NCBI GenBank assembly: GCA_002104945.1
Contig: MCFH01000026.1
Coordinates: 434,001-498,000 of the forward strand
Source of the DNA: Piromyces finnis finn
Taxonomy: Eukaryota > Fungi > Neocallimastigomycota
DNA length: 64,000 nucleotides
Reading direction: 5' to 3'
Shown: in pieces, positions 12,605 to 24,230 of the stretch
How positions within the stretch are numbered: position 1 is the first letter of the stretch
Layout: every line of letters starts with the position of its first letter
Made by a program: the position numbers and the translations under genes
Notes under the pieces: generated by a model
Databases searched by the model: none
The model's input: only the letters and a program-made list of their open reading frames with translations
What the model was told of the DNA's origin: nothing

Positions 12605-15593
12605 ATGTGTAAGTTTTATATTTTAAATATATAATTTAGTTTTTTGAAAAAAGAAATTGATTTGGTGAATTGTGAAATAGTTTAAGATGGAAAAAAAGAA
12701 ATGAAATATTGATTTTATTTTTTTACACTTTTTTTTTTTTAATTATTGTTTTTGATGAATGATATGGTCATGTAAATAGCTATATTTGAAGCTGGACGTG
12801 AACGTACAAAAAGAATTGTAAAAAAAGAATATCCAAGTATAAATTTAAATAAACCACCTTCTTCTATAGCTTCATTATCAACATACACCCCAAGAAATAA
12901 AAAGAATGATGAAAAATTGAGTAAAAATGAAAAAGAAAATAAAACAACCATTTATAAACGTACGACGTTTAGACTTCCGATTCGTGAACCTTCAGCACAA
13001 AATTTTGATATGTATTATTATTTAGCACCCAATTGTGAACCAGCTGCAGTAACCAATATTTTAGAACTTTACGATCAAACTAAATCAAAATTATTACAAA
13101 AGAAAAAAGCAATGAAAGCCAATACTTCTCTAAAACAAATTGATGGTGGGGAGGATCTTTCAAAAGAAAATGTTTTGAAGGATAAAGAAAATGATGTAAA
13201 AAAATCAACAAATTCTAAAAAGTCTAGTCATGCCACATCCAATAAAAAAAATCTTTCAGAAACTTCCCTTAAAAACAAAGGTATTTTAACCAAGAGTAAT
13301 ACCAATGTTGCAAATATTATAAAATCTGTCAAGGGTCATAAATTAGCCAAAGGTAATTTTATGAAAAATTGTTGAAAAAAATAGTTTAAACCTATAGTGT
13401 AGTATAGATTTTTTTTTTTTTACAATAAAATATTAAATCTATAGAAGTAAAGTAGTAGTATAAAAAATCTTTTTTTTTTTTAACAATACTAAACTTGTCG
13501 TATTAAAAATAGTATAGAAAATTTGATTTTTTTATTGTAATTTAAATATATGTTATGAAAAAAATATATTTCATAGAAAAAATTTATTTACTTATTCTTT
13601 TTTTTTTTTTCCCATTATAGATGCTAAAGGTAGTGCCGTTAAAATAGAAATATTAGATGATAATAAAGAAAATATTCCACCGTTGCATCATAATCAAAAC
13701 AATGCTACCATGAATTTACAATTTGTTGACTATCCTTCAGGTAATGGTATGGTAGGAACCACAACTGTTTCCGTAGGTAATAATAATGAAGAAGAAAATG
13801 AAATGGAGACAGAAAAATCAAGCAAAGTAAAGAAAGAAGATGAAGAAGTAAAAGAAGAAGACGCCATGGAAGGCAAACAAAAAAAGGTAAAACCTATTGT
13901 AGTTAATACTGTATCAGATGAAGATTTAGAAGAATTTTTCCGTGTTTTTGATGATTTAATTCCAATGTACCGTAGCTCTACTCAACTTCAAGAAGTTATC
14001 TTTGAAACCAGTCAAAAAGAATGGAATGAATGGTGTTACAAGGTAGAACAATGTGAAGAAGAAACCCATAGTTGGTTGGATGCTAGAATTATGTTTTACT
14101 CTCGTCGTATTATTGAATACCAAAAAGACTGGGCAGATTACTGGAACAAAAAAAAACAAAAGGAAAAGGAATTATTAGAAATGAGTTCCGATAGTATTTG
14201 TCCAACAACTCCTTCCTCATCTTCCGTTCTTCCATCAGATCCCATTAAATTGTTGGGATCATCTCCTCTTCCAAATTTACCATTAACCACAGATTCAGCA
14301 ACGACAAATACCTATGTTCCTTTCCAAACCCCAGATGAATCTGCCACTTCAATGCTTACCAGTAGTGAAGTTACACCCACAAAATCAAATATCAATACAA
14401 CTACGGCCTTTTCTAATCTTATGGTGGGAATGGAAGATATGGATATATCCTCCTTTTCTCTAGAATCCAATCAAGATCTTCTATCCAATATGTCACTTCT
14501 CTATGATACCACCTGCGGTCAAACCTGCTTTCCAAATTTAGATTATGGTTTAGACAGCACTTCTTCCTTTGACAGCATCGACCCCTTAAGCAATGCTACC
14601 ATTAATAATGACTATTGTAACTGGCTTAGTTCACATCCTTCCTCCTCCCTTTCTGTGGATGACTTTATCTTTAACCCTTCCCAAGATCCCAACCTTTCCC
14701 TTCTTTTAAATTCTGCTGCCATTACCGGCTCCACTATACCAACCCCTACCCCAACCCTAAACTTTTTAAATCCCTTAGGCGCCACTTCATCCTCTTTAAA
14801 TCCAGCCCTTTCCATTTTTGATACCAATTATGCCACCTCTACTTCTACTCCAGATAATATAATAATACCACCCACATCCTTGGTAAGATTTCCAACTACC
14901 TCCTCCACGGCTTCTCTTATTGATTCCTTTGCAAATCTTGATCCAAATCAAGAAGAAGTAAAGGAAGGAAGGGAAGAAGAAGAAGAAGAAAAGAGAGAAA
15001 AGGGAGAAAAAGAAGTGGAAGGTACTAAAGAAAAAGCAAATCAATTAAATGAAGAAACACTTTCCATTCCTACCGCTTCAACCGATGCATTAACTGCTAA
15101 TGATGCTGCTGCCATGACTTCTTTATTTTCCCATGATTTAGGAATAGATCTTCTCTTCCGACAAGACCAAAATGACCTCAAAGAAAATATCACTTTGGAA
15201 AATATGAATGTAGAAAACATCCAAGCCAACCTACCCTTAAACAACGCGTCAAAGGAAACCCCAAAGATGACCATTAAAACCGTAACGGATGCCTTAATGA
15301 CCCCAACCAAACCAAAAGAATGTATTCCACCTACGGTAGACATTATTGTTGATAGTTCAACCAATGACGATAAGAAAATTTCAGAATTTGCAACGCCTCT
15401 CTATATAAAACCACCTGCTAAAGATATATTTTCTACAATACCAAAATCATATCAAGAAATGTACAACGATAAGATGTATTCCCTTATTTCAACCCTTGAA
15501 CGTTGTGTACAAGATAAGGAAGATTTTTGGAAAGTTATGGAAGAATTTACATCCTCCATTCATACTCATGCTTCTGTTACGATTACTTGTTGA
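12605..15593 (+). CDS. Hypothetical ~849-aa low-complexity protein; exons 12605-12608, 12780-13352, 13621-15593
   Basis: ATG-T|gtaagt at 12605 splices in phase to ag|CT ATA TTT (MSIFEAGRERTKR...). Intron 13353-13620 joins ORFs 12917 and 13683; total 2550 nt. Ser/Thr/acidic-rich; no family recognised. Confidence 0.7.
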
Positions 15594-16521
15594 AAAAAAA
15601 AAGCAAACTATTTTTACTGCTATTACCTGTTGAAAAAAAAGGTTAAACATTACAAAGAATGAAATCAGTCAAATTCTATAAAGAAAAGAAATCATTCTAA
15701 AAATTATTATTTTATTTTATTATTTTAATAAAAAAATCTATTAACAAGTTTAATACCTATTTTTTATCTTTTTTATTTAATTATTATTGTTATTTTAATA
15801 TTTAACGAAGAAAAAAAAAAAAGTTTTAGAATAATTTTTCGGTTCCTCTTTTTTTTTAAGAAAAAAAATAAAAAAAAAAAAATAAATTATTAAATTATTA
15901 CCTTTTATCCTTTTTGTACCAAAGTATTTTTTTTTTTTTATTATTATTTTTTACAGTTGTATAATTTTTTTTTTAAAAGATTTTTTATCTACAAAATTCT
16001 ACCTTTTTCTTTTTTTTTTACCACCAAAAAAAAAAGCAAATTTTTTTTAAAAAACTCTAAGCAAATAAAAAATAAAAATAAAAATGTTTATACTAATAAT
16101 AATAATAAAAAAAAAAATAGTTGCCTATTTTACTCTAATGAATACTATATAATAAAATGACCTGTAAATTCGTACGCATATTCTATACATTTTATTTTTA
16201 CTTTATAAAGTTTTTTTTTTAATTTATCTAAAAAAGAAGAAAAGTTTACTTTTTCTTATTTTATTATTAAACTTTTTTTTTTACTTGTTACTTTTTAAAA
16301 AGAAATGAAATGAAATGAAAAAAAAGAAAAAAAACTCTTTTATTTAATAATGCTTTTAAAGACAAAATTGTGTACCAACCCTACGGAAAAATAGTCACAT
16401 AAATATTAAATTAAAAATACCCATATTTTAATAATGTTTATGATGTTTAAAAAAAATTATAACGATAGCAATAAATAAATATAAATATATCTATATATAC
16501 TATGTATACTATGTATACTAT

Positions 16522-17106
16522 GTAATGATGGCAATAGTGAAGATAATAATTCTAATTTAGATAGTAATTTAGTTAATAATAGTAATAGTTTTAGTAATCG
16601 GGTGAATATTAATATGTGCAATAAAATATTTAAATTGGAAGAAGTTTTAACAATATCAATTCCAATCCAGGGGAATGGAAAGAACTTTGCAAGTGTCAGA
16701 TTCCATCGGGCATTTACGAAGAAATACCATTCTTGACGGTAACAGTGGAACTTTTAACCAAAATCCAATATTCAAAAGGTTTGAAGCAACATCCATGAGC
16801 GTCAATGCTGAAGAAACAGAAAGACAGGCTAGGAGGGCCAGCGTAACCAATGGAGATCATAATTTTGTTCCATGACAAAATTTTGATCTTTAACTCGGTA
16901 TGTCCCATTGGAAGTCAACTACAATTATTGTAAACTTTCTTACTTTAATTAAAATGACTCGAATACATCATACCCAATTTTTATTCATTTCATTTTTATT
17001 TATTTAAACCTATTTTTTTTTTATTATTATTTTTTGTAGCATGTATTATAATTTTAATTAAATTAATAATAAAGTTTAAAAAGATTTGATGCCGTTAAAA
17101 AAAAAA
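16522..17106 (+). mobile_element. Degenerate 5'-truncated LINE 3' fragment (same family as 21.7-30.9 kb)
   Basis: Matches the end of the LINE ORF (FEATSMSVNAEETERQARRASVTNGDHNFVP) and the 3' UTR, with internal deletions; ends ...gatttgatgccgtt(A)10. Confidence 0.92.
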
Positions 17107-17177
17107 TGTACCATATATGTATATACTATATTCTATATTGATGGATAATAATAACAAACTTTATAATAAATACATAA

Positions 17178-17320
17178 TAACAAATAACAAATAATAAATA
17201 ACAAATAACAAATAACAAATAACAAATAACAAATAACAAATAACAAATAACAAATAACAAATAACAAATAACAAATAACAAATAACAAATAACAAATAAC
17301 AAATAACAAATAACAAATAA
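17178..17320. repeat. (TAACAAA)n heptanucleotide microsatellite, ~20 copies
   Basis: Directly visible tandem array; it generates the spurious ICYLLFV-repeat ORFs. Confidence 0.97.
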
Positions 17321-19125
17321 TAATAAAATAATACATCTATTTTATTCAATATTTATTTTAATTTTAATATGATACTTTTTTTTTCATTATAAACAATAAT
17401 AATAAGCAAATATTAAACTTTTTTGTTAAATGTCACATATTCATTGAAATTTTATTATTCTTCTCCTACTCCTTTTTTTTTTTTTATCTTTCTTTGTTTC
17501 ATTGTTTTTTTTTTTTTTCTACTATGAAAAGTAAATTGATGGCGCTTAATCCATAGAAAATATAAAACTATTCCAAATACATTTCAATTTCATTTTCATT
17601 TCAACTTCATTCTAATTTCACTTTCTATACCTTTTTTTACTTTGTGTTTTTTCTTTCTATTTTTATGTCAACAATTTTTTTTTTTTTTGTAACTTTTAAT
17701 TATAATTAAATACAAAAAAATATGAACACAAAATAAATTAAAAACATAATTAATTTATTAAATAAACTTTATTAATTAACAAAACAGAATTTCTGTTTTA
17801 TAGTTTAGTGCTTATCTTAAATTTTATTGGTCCCCTTTATTACAAAATAATGTGTATCATGTAACTTTAATTTAAAAAATAAAGATTGTTGAAAATAATA
17901 ATAATAATAAAAAACGATTGTTTTCATATATTATTTAATATATTTAGTTTATTTATTTTGTATTAGAAATACTATTATCTAATATATTACAATAGAATTA
18001 AATTTTATTTCTTTGTATTTTTTTACTATAAAAATACAATGAGAAAAATGTCCATAAAAATAGAATTGATAGAAAATTCTAATGATCATTATAACACAAA
18101 AAAAATAAAGAAATAAAATTTATATATTGGGAAAAGATGAACATTAAATGAATTAATTGAATTGACATAAATTAGAATATATTCTAATAAATGTCACCAT
18201 AGAATGTTACATTCAGAAATTGGCAGGCAAAACTTTTTTGACGATGAACGACTAAGGACTTATTTTTAGTAAATGAATACACTATTATAAACTAAATAAA
18301 TATTATGAATTTGAACATTGGAATTAAAATGATAAATGTCGATGAAGTTGATACTATTGTTATGGTATATACAATGTATATAGTATATAGTGATCATTGA
18401 TGCTGTACGTTAACTTCATACCATTCTATTTTATTTTTAGTATAGAGTGTATTAGTAGTCTAAAATAGTAAATGAATGAATTTATAATAATTTAAATAAT
18501 TAATTAGTATTATTTTCTTATATTAAAAATGTCATTTTCAATGAGTGCTTAAAAATAATATATATTAATATATTATATAATATAATGAAATAATTTAAAA
18601 AGGTATTCCATCATAAATTAACAATATATTTGGATTTAATTTATTGTTAAAAAATTTTTTTATGACGACATTTTTTTTTAAAAAAATGTCTTAAAAATAA
18701 TTATTTCATCATAAATTAGAAAATTGAATGATTTCAAAAAGAGTATAAAAGGAAAGTCATTTTCTTTTTTTTTTTTTTTTAATAAAACAAAAAAAATTAG
18801 TAAAAATTAAAATAAAAAAAAAGAAACCAAAAAGATTGGTAAAAGAACTTTTTTTTATTGTAAAATATATTTTTTTTTTTCAAGCTTGATTAATTAATAA
18901 AAAAAGAAAAAGAAAAAAAAACAAAAAACCAAAGAAAAAAGCAAAAAGAAAATAATATAATTTTTATTTTTTTTTTATTATCACTTTTTAGAATAATATA
19001 ATAAATTTAAAAAAAAAAAAAAGGAATATTTTATAAAATATAATTTTTTTTTTTAAAAAAAGTCATATAAATTCATATAAATAATTTAAGATATAAATAA
19101 ATAAATAAATAAAATAAAATAAAAA

Positions 19126-20817
19126 ATGATGTTTAAACAACTTTTATCCTTTGCTTTCTTTGCTGGTGCTGCTTTCAGTAGAAATGCCACTTTCAAGTTA
19201 ATTTCCTTTGGCTCAAAGGCTCAACTTCAAATTGTTGATGGAAATATTTATGATTTATCTTTATTAAATGATGATATTTTATACGGTACTACTGTTAGTG
19301 ATGCTCCAGAAGGTTCCTTCAAATATTATTACATTATTGATGGTAAAAAGGAAAGTTTTAAACGTACTTTTAAAAAAGGTGATACCTCTACTCACAATGA
19401 ATTCTTTGGTAGAAAGGATACCCTAAAGGAACTTAAAACTTTTAAACGTCCAGAAAATTTCAAAACTTGGGATAGAACTATTGGAAAAACCGAACTTTTT
19501 GATGATTCTTACATTCCAACCATCCATATTACCGGTAGTAAGGCTAAAAAATTCTTTAAAAATCCAGTCAAATATGAAGATTCCAAATTAGAAAAGGTCA
19601 CTTTCTACCTTAGAGATTCTGTTGAAACTTTTACCAATGTTTCTTCTTCTGCAAAGAACTACGAATTCAGTAAATTCCAAATTAAAATGAAATTAGGTAA
19701 AAATTCTCAAGGTACTAAAGGTTTCAATGGTAGATACGTCTTAAAATTACGTAATGGTGGTGAAGATCCAATTAATCTTCGTCAAGTAATTTACGGTAAT
19801 ATTATTCGTGAACTTGGTATGCCAGCCCTTCATTCTGTAATGTGCCGTGTTTACTATGAAAAGAAACCAGCTGGTTTCTATACTTTACAAGAAACTGTTC
19901 CAACCGAATCTTTTGTTAACACTGAATTCTACGGTAACCCAAAAACTGGTGTTGCTAGTCCTCCAAAGAAGATTGGTTACATCTTTGATGGTACTACTGG
20001 TTCTGACTTTGAATACAAGAAAAATGATGAAGACTACTACTCTGTCTTTGATATGACTTCTGATGATCAAAGTTATGATCGTTTAATCGCTTTCACCAAA
20101 GCTATCAAGAATCTTAACCCATTCAATGAAAAGGAATTAGCTTCCTTTGAAAAAAAATGGTTCGATATTGATACTTTCCACAAGGCTATGGCTATGGAAT
20201 ATTTAACTGGTGATTGGGATGGTTATTGGTACACAACTGCTAATTTTGCTATCTACGATGATCCAAACGAATCTACCAAAAATACCTACAAATTCTACTT
20301 TATTACTCAAGATCATGATGAAACTTTTGGTGTCGGTTTAGATGATGATATTAATACCGTTGGTCACAAATTCCCAGAAATTTCTTACACTACTATGCTT
20401 AACCGTACCTGGCATATTGCTGAAGATGATGCCAAGTACCGTACTCTTGTTGATAAATTCATTGCTTCCACTCCAAGTCTTCATAAGCGTTTCCAAGATA
20501 CTCTTTTCGCTATTGTTAAGAACATCTTTAACCCAGTTGCTTTCAGAGATGTTGTTGATTCTTACTATGATCGTTATGAACCAGAAGTTAAATGGGATTA
20601 CTCTTTCACTCGTCCATACGTCGTTAAGGATCAATACCCAGATTATGGTTACAAGGATTTCGTTGACGGTTTTGAAGGTGAAATTGAAGGTGTTGATTGG
20701 AGTCTTTACGAATGGGTTAAACTTAGATCTGAAGCTATTAAAAAGGAATTCTGTATTACCTGGGAAGGTGATGCTAACCCACCAAAAGAAACTTGTGTTC
20801 CAAAGGTTCAATTTTAA
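19126..20817 (+). CDS. cotH: Secreted CotH-family atypical protein kinase (563 aa, intronless, no dockerin)
   Basis: Signal peptide MMFKQLLSFAFFAGAAFS. CotH-type motifs: KFQIKMKL, LKLRNGGEDPINLR, GFYTLQE, FDIDTFHKAMAMEYLTGDWDGYW, QDHDETFG, LYEWVKLR. Confidence 0.88.
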   Translation: MMFKQLLSFAFFAGAAFSRNATFKLISFGSKAQLQIVDGNIYDLSLLNDDILYGTTVSDAPEGSFKYYYIIDGKKESFKRTFKKGDTSTHNEFFGRKDTLKELKTFKRPENFKTWDRTIGKTELFDDSYIPTIHITGSKAKKFFKNPVKYEDSKLEKVTFYLRDSVETFTNVSSSAKNYEFSKFQIKMKLGKNSQGTKGFNGRYVLKLRNGGEDPINLRQVIYGNIIRELGMPALHSVMCRVYYEKKPAGFYTLQETVPTESFVNTEFYGNPKTGVASPPKKIGYIFDGTTGSDFEYKKNDEDYYSVFDMTSDDQSYDRLIAFTKAIKNLNPFNEKELASFEKKWFDIDTFHKAMAMEYLTGDWDGYWYTTANFAIYDDPNESTKNTYKFYFITQDHDETFGVGLDDDINTVGHKFPEISYTTMLNRTWHIAEDDAKYRTLVDKFIASTPSLHKRFQDTLFAIVKNIFNPVAFRDVVDSYYDRYEPEVKWDYSFTRPYVVKDQYPDYGYKDFVDGFEGEIEGVDWSLYEWVKLRSEAIKKEFCITWEGDANPPKETCVPKVQF

Positions 20818-21539
20818 AATTAATTTATACTGCATTGGGTAGAAAAGGAACTATTTTCTTAGGTAGGTTTATATGTTTTTTTTAAATAAATGAAAAAAAA
20901 AAACATTACCTAGGCTAAAGCAAAAAATAAAAAAATTAAAAAAAAAAAAAGATATTATTAATATCAATCTATTAATAGTTTAAAAAAGAAATTTATATAT
21001 ATTATATATTATCAAATTTATATATATCTTATTTAGAAAAAAAGACATAAAAATATATTTTTATGTCAAAAAAAAAAAAAAAAAAAAGTATAAATATATA
21101 ATATCAACAATCTATAAAGAAAATATTTCATTATTTAATATCATCATTCTTTTTATTATATGTATATATATATTAACAATATTTTTTTTTTAGTAATTCA
21201 TAAATATATTTAACTCATATATATAATTAAAAAAAGAAAGAATAATAATATTTATTACAAAAAAAATAATATATATAAATTTACCCTTTTCACTTTTTAA
21301 ATTCGAATTTAATTTTTAAAAAGTGAAAAAAAAAAAAAAAAAAGAAAATGAAAAAATTTTATAAAATTTTAGAAAAAATAAAGAAATTAAAATTTAGCCA
21401 TTTTTTCTGGTTTAGGTTTTAAAAATTTTTTTTGGACGTAAAATTTCATAAATATTTTTGGTGGAATAAAAAGTTTACTTTTTTTTTTGAAAGAAAAATA
21501 TTGTTGTTTTTGTTGTTTTTGTTGTTGCTTAATAATAGC

Positions 21540-21542
<3 letters not shown>

Positions 21543-21595
<53 letters not shown>

Positions 21596-21655
21596 ATTCA
21601 TCAGGGTTGGTTTCTTTATTTTATTATTAGTAATTTGAAAAATTATATTTTTATC
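21543..21655 (-). mobile_element. Short poly(A)-tailed retroposed stub of a different sequence family, abutting the 5' end of LINE copy A
   Basis: T50 at 21543-21592; the minus strand reads ...aataaagaaaccaaccctgatgaatc(A)50, with AATAAA ~20 nt before the tail. No TSD found. Confidence 0.4.
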
Positions 21656-21671
21656 ATGATGGTAAAAAGTT

Positions 21672-23591
21672 ATGATATATTTAAAGAGTGTGAAGATCTC
21701 GGAGTCAGTTTAGGTGACACTCGATGCTGTGGTGGACTTTTTGCAGATGATATAGTTATTTGTGCTCCAACAAGAGGATGCTTAAAAAAGATGCTTAGAA
21801 GAGTTAATGAATGGGCCTTGTATAATGAAATGGAATTTGGTATCCAGAAGTGTTCAACGATGGTGATTCGTCCTGAATCAATAGAAAATCAGAACAAGAG
21901 AGATCCAACATTTTACTTAGCAGGACAACCCATTCCAACTACTGATTGTTATACTTATCTTGGTGTTCCATTTGATAAGAATCTGTCCCTTAAACCAGTT
22001 ATTAAAACTCTTAATAACAAGGTTTTGAAAGGGCTTTTTTCAGTCAGTAAATTCTTAAGAAATCCTAATATTCCTATTCCCTTCAAAAAGCTAGTACTTA
22101 ACTCACAAGTGATTAGCAGAGTTTCATACTTTGCACCATTACTTGGATCCAACAAAGCCAGGTCTAGAATTGCACAGAAGCATGTTAACAAAGGAATACG
22201 ATGGGTTGCCGGAGTTCATAAAGCTGTATCGTTTATATCTTTATACTCTATTTCAAAAGATTTGAATATTCCTCCATTGTCAGCCAAATGTGCATTAGCT
22301 CAGGTTAGATGTTTTAACAAATGGAAAAACTCGAATTGTATTATCTCATACCTTGTCAATTACATTCCTAAATTTAGAAAATACACGTGGTGCAAATCAA
22401 GTAGGACACTTGATAAAAAACTAAAGAAACATGGAGATGTTAAAGCAGTTAAAAACTTTTATTGGAAAGATCTCAAAGGGAATTCAATCAAAGCGCAATA
22501 TTATGATGATAATAAGTTTATTGATACTAAAGATTTTATTAAATTATGTTATGAGTACCCAGAGTTTGCCTATGGCTTCTACTGGCTATTGAAAGCAAGA
22601 AGCGGATACAAGTTGGATGCTAGAGTTGCCAAAGCTGCCAAATTTGTTGATCCAGTTTGTCCTAACTACTGTCCATGTTGCAAGTGTGGAGATCAAAGTA
22701 TTAAACATTGGTTATTAGATTGTCCAACATTTAGAGATATCCGTATTAAACATTATGATTCCATAGTCCAGCTATTAAATTTTTTCAGTCAACGTAATTC
22801 AAATAGTCCTATCAATAATAATGAAATTGATAATATCAGTAGAGATAGTAATAATATTAATAGTAATAGTAACAATAGTAATAATAACAATAGTAATAGT
22901 AACAATAGTAATAATAACAATAGTAGTAATAGAAATAATAATATTAGTAATGATAGCAATAGTGAAGATAATAATTCTAATTTAGATAGTAATTTAGTTA
23001 ATGATAGTAATAGTTCTAATAATCCGGTGAACATTAATGTGTATGATTATTCTAGTGTGTGCAGTAAAATATTTAAATTCCTTCTTGGGGGAAGAAGTTT
23101 TAACAATATCAATTACAATTCAAGGGAATGGAAAGAACTTTGTAAGCGTCAGATTCAATCTGGTACTAATGAAGGAACACCATTCTTGACGGTAACCGCG
23201 GAACTTCTAACCAAAATCATGCCTTTTGCTATTGGCCAGCAATGGTCAATGTTCAAAAGGTTTGAAGCAACATCCAAGAGCGTCAATGCTGAAGAAACAG
23301 TAAGACAGGCCAGGAGGGCCAGCGCAACCAATGGAGATCATAATTTTGTCCCATGATAAAATTTTGATCTTTGGCTCGGTGTCCCATTGGAAGTCAAATA
23401 CAATTATTATACTTTAGTATGATAGTGGCTTTCTTACTTTAATTAAAATTACTAGAATACATTATACCCAATTTTTATTCATTTGTGTTTATTTAAACAT
23501 ATTTTTTTTATTTTTATTTTATTTTAATTTTTATATTTCATGTATTATAATTTTAATTAAATTAATAATAAAGTTTATAATATTTGATGCC

Positions 23592-23627
<36 letters not shown>
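21672..23627 (+). mobile_element. 5'-truncated LINE copy A (C-terminal half of RT, CCHC knuckle, poly-Asn tract, 3' UTR, poly(A))
   Basis: Near-identity to 27061 onward begins at atgatatatttaaagag. Contains GLFADD and CPCCKCGDQSIKHWLLDC; ORF stop at 23356; ends tttgatgccgtt(A)~33. Confidence 0.95.
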
Positions 23628-23628
<1 letters not shown>

Positions 23629-24230
23629 ATTTTATCCATCGAATTTAAGTATTTGATGAATAAGTTGAATGTTTGATACTCAGGTAAGTTTGTATAGTAT
23701 TTAATTAGAAGAGTAATACATTTTGTTGCTGTATTTTTTTCTTTTATTCATGTATTCATGTAGTACTACTCTTCTCTTGTAAGAATCCAATGTAGTCAAC
23801 TTTAGCATTTGCATTGTATTTTTATATTCATGTAGCTATTGTTGTATTGTTTCTTGTAAGAGACTGATTCACTCTACATCATGTAAAAATACTATTCACA
23901 AGCTTTCTGGTGTCGACATTCTTGATTCAAATTTTTTACCAATTTAAATATTTAATGAAAAGTAAAGTCAAACAAGTTTAGTGTCAAAAGCGAATCGAAT
24001 TTACTAACAACAAACCAAAACTAGAATTTTTAAAGAAAATTTACAACTAGAATTCAAAAAAAAAAAAAAAAAAAAAAAGAAACTTTAAACAAAGCATCGT
24101 AACAATTTTTGTACTATCCAGTACTTTTAAGAAGAGAGAGAGAGACAGATTTTTTTCCATATACGTTATATTTATAATTTTTATTAGTATTTATTTTATA
24201 TTCAATATTTTTTAATTAGAATTAATTATC

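Noticed and set aside
17133-17349. Minus-strand ICYLLFV-repeat ORFs
   Set aside because: Translation of the (TAACAAA)n microsatellite.
21593-21671. N-terminus MIHQGWFLY... of the 587-aa ORF
   Set aside because: LINE homology starts only at 21672; the upstream codons are fortuitous read-in from unrelated sequence.
23288-23300. Hammerhead ribozyme from CTGAAGA/GAAAC
   Set aside because: The two core motifs overlap with no stem II between them; no stem I/III or cleavage triplet could be built. The CTGATGA in the 21.6-kb stub also lacks the rest of the core.
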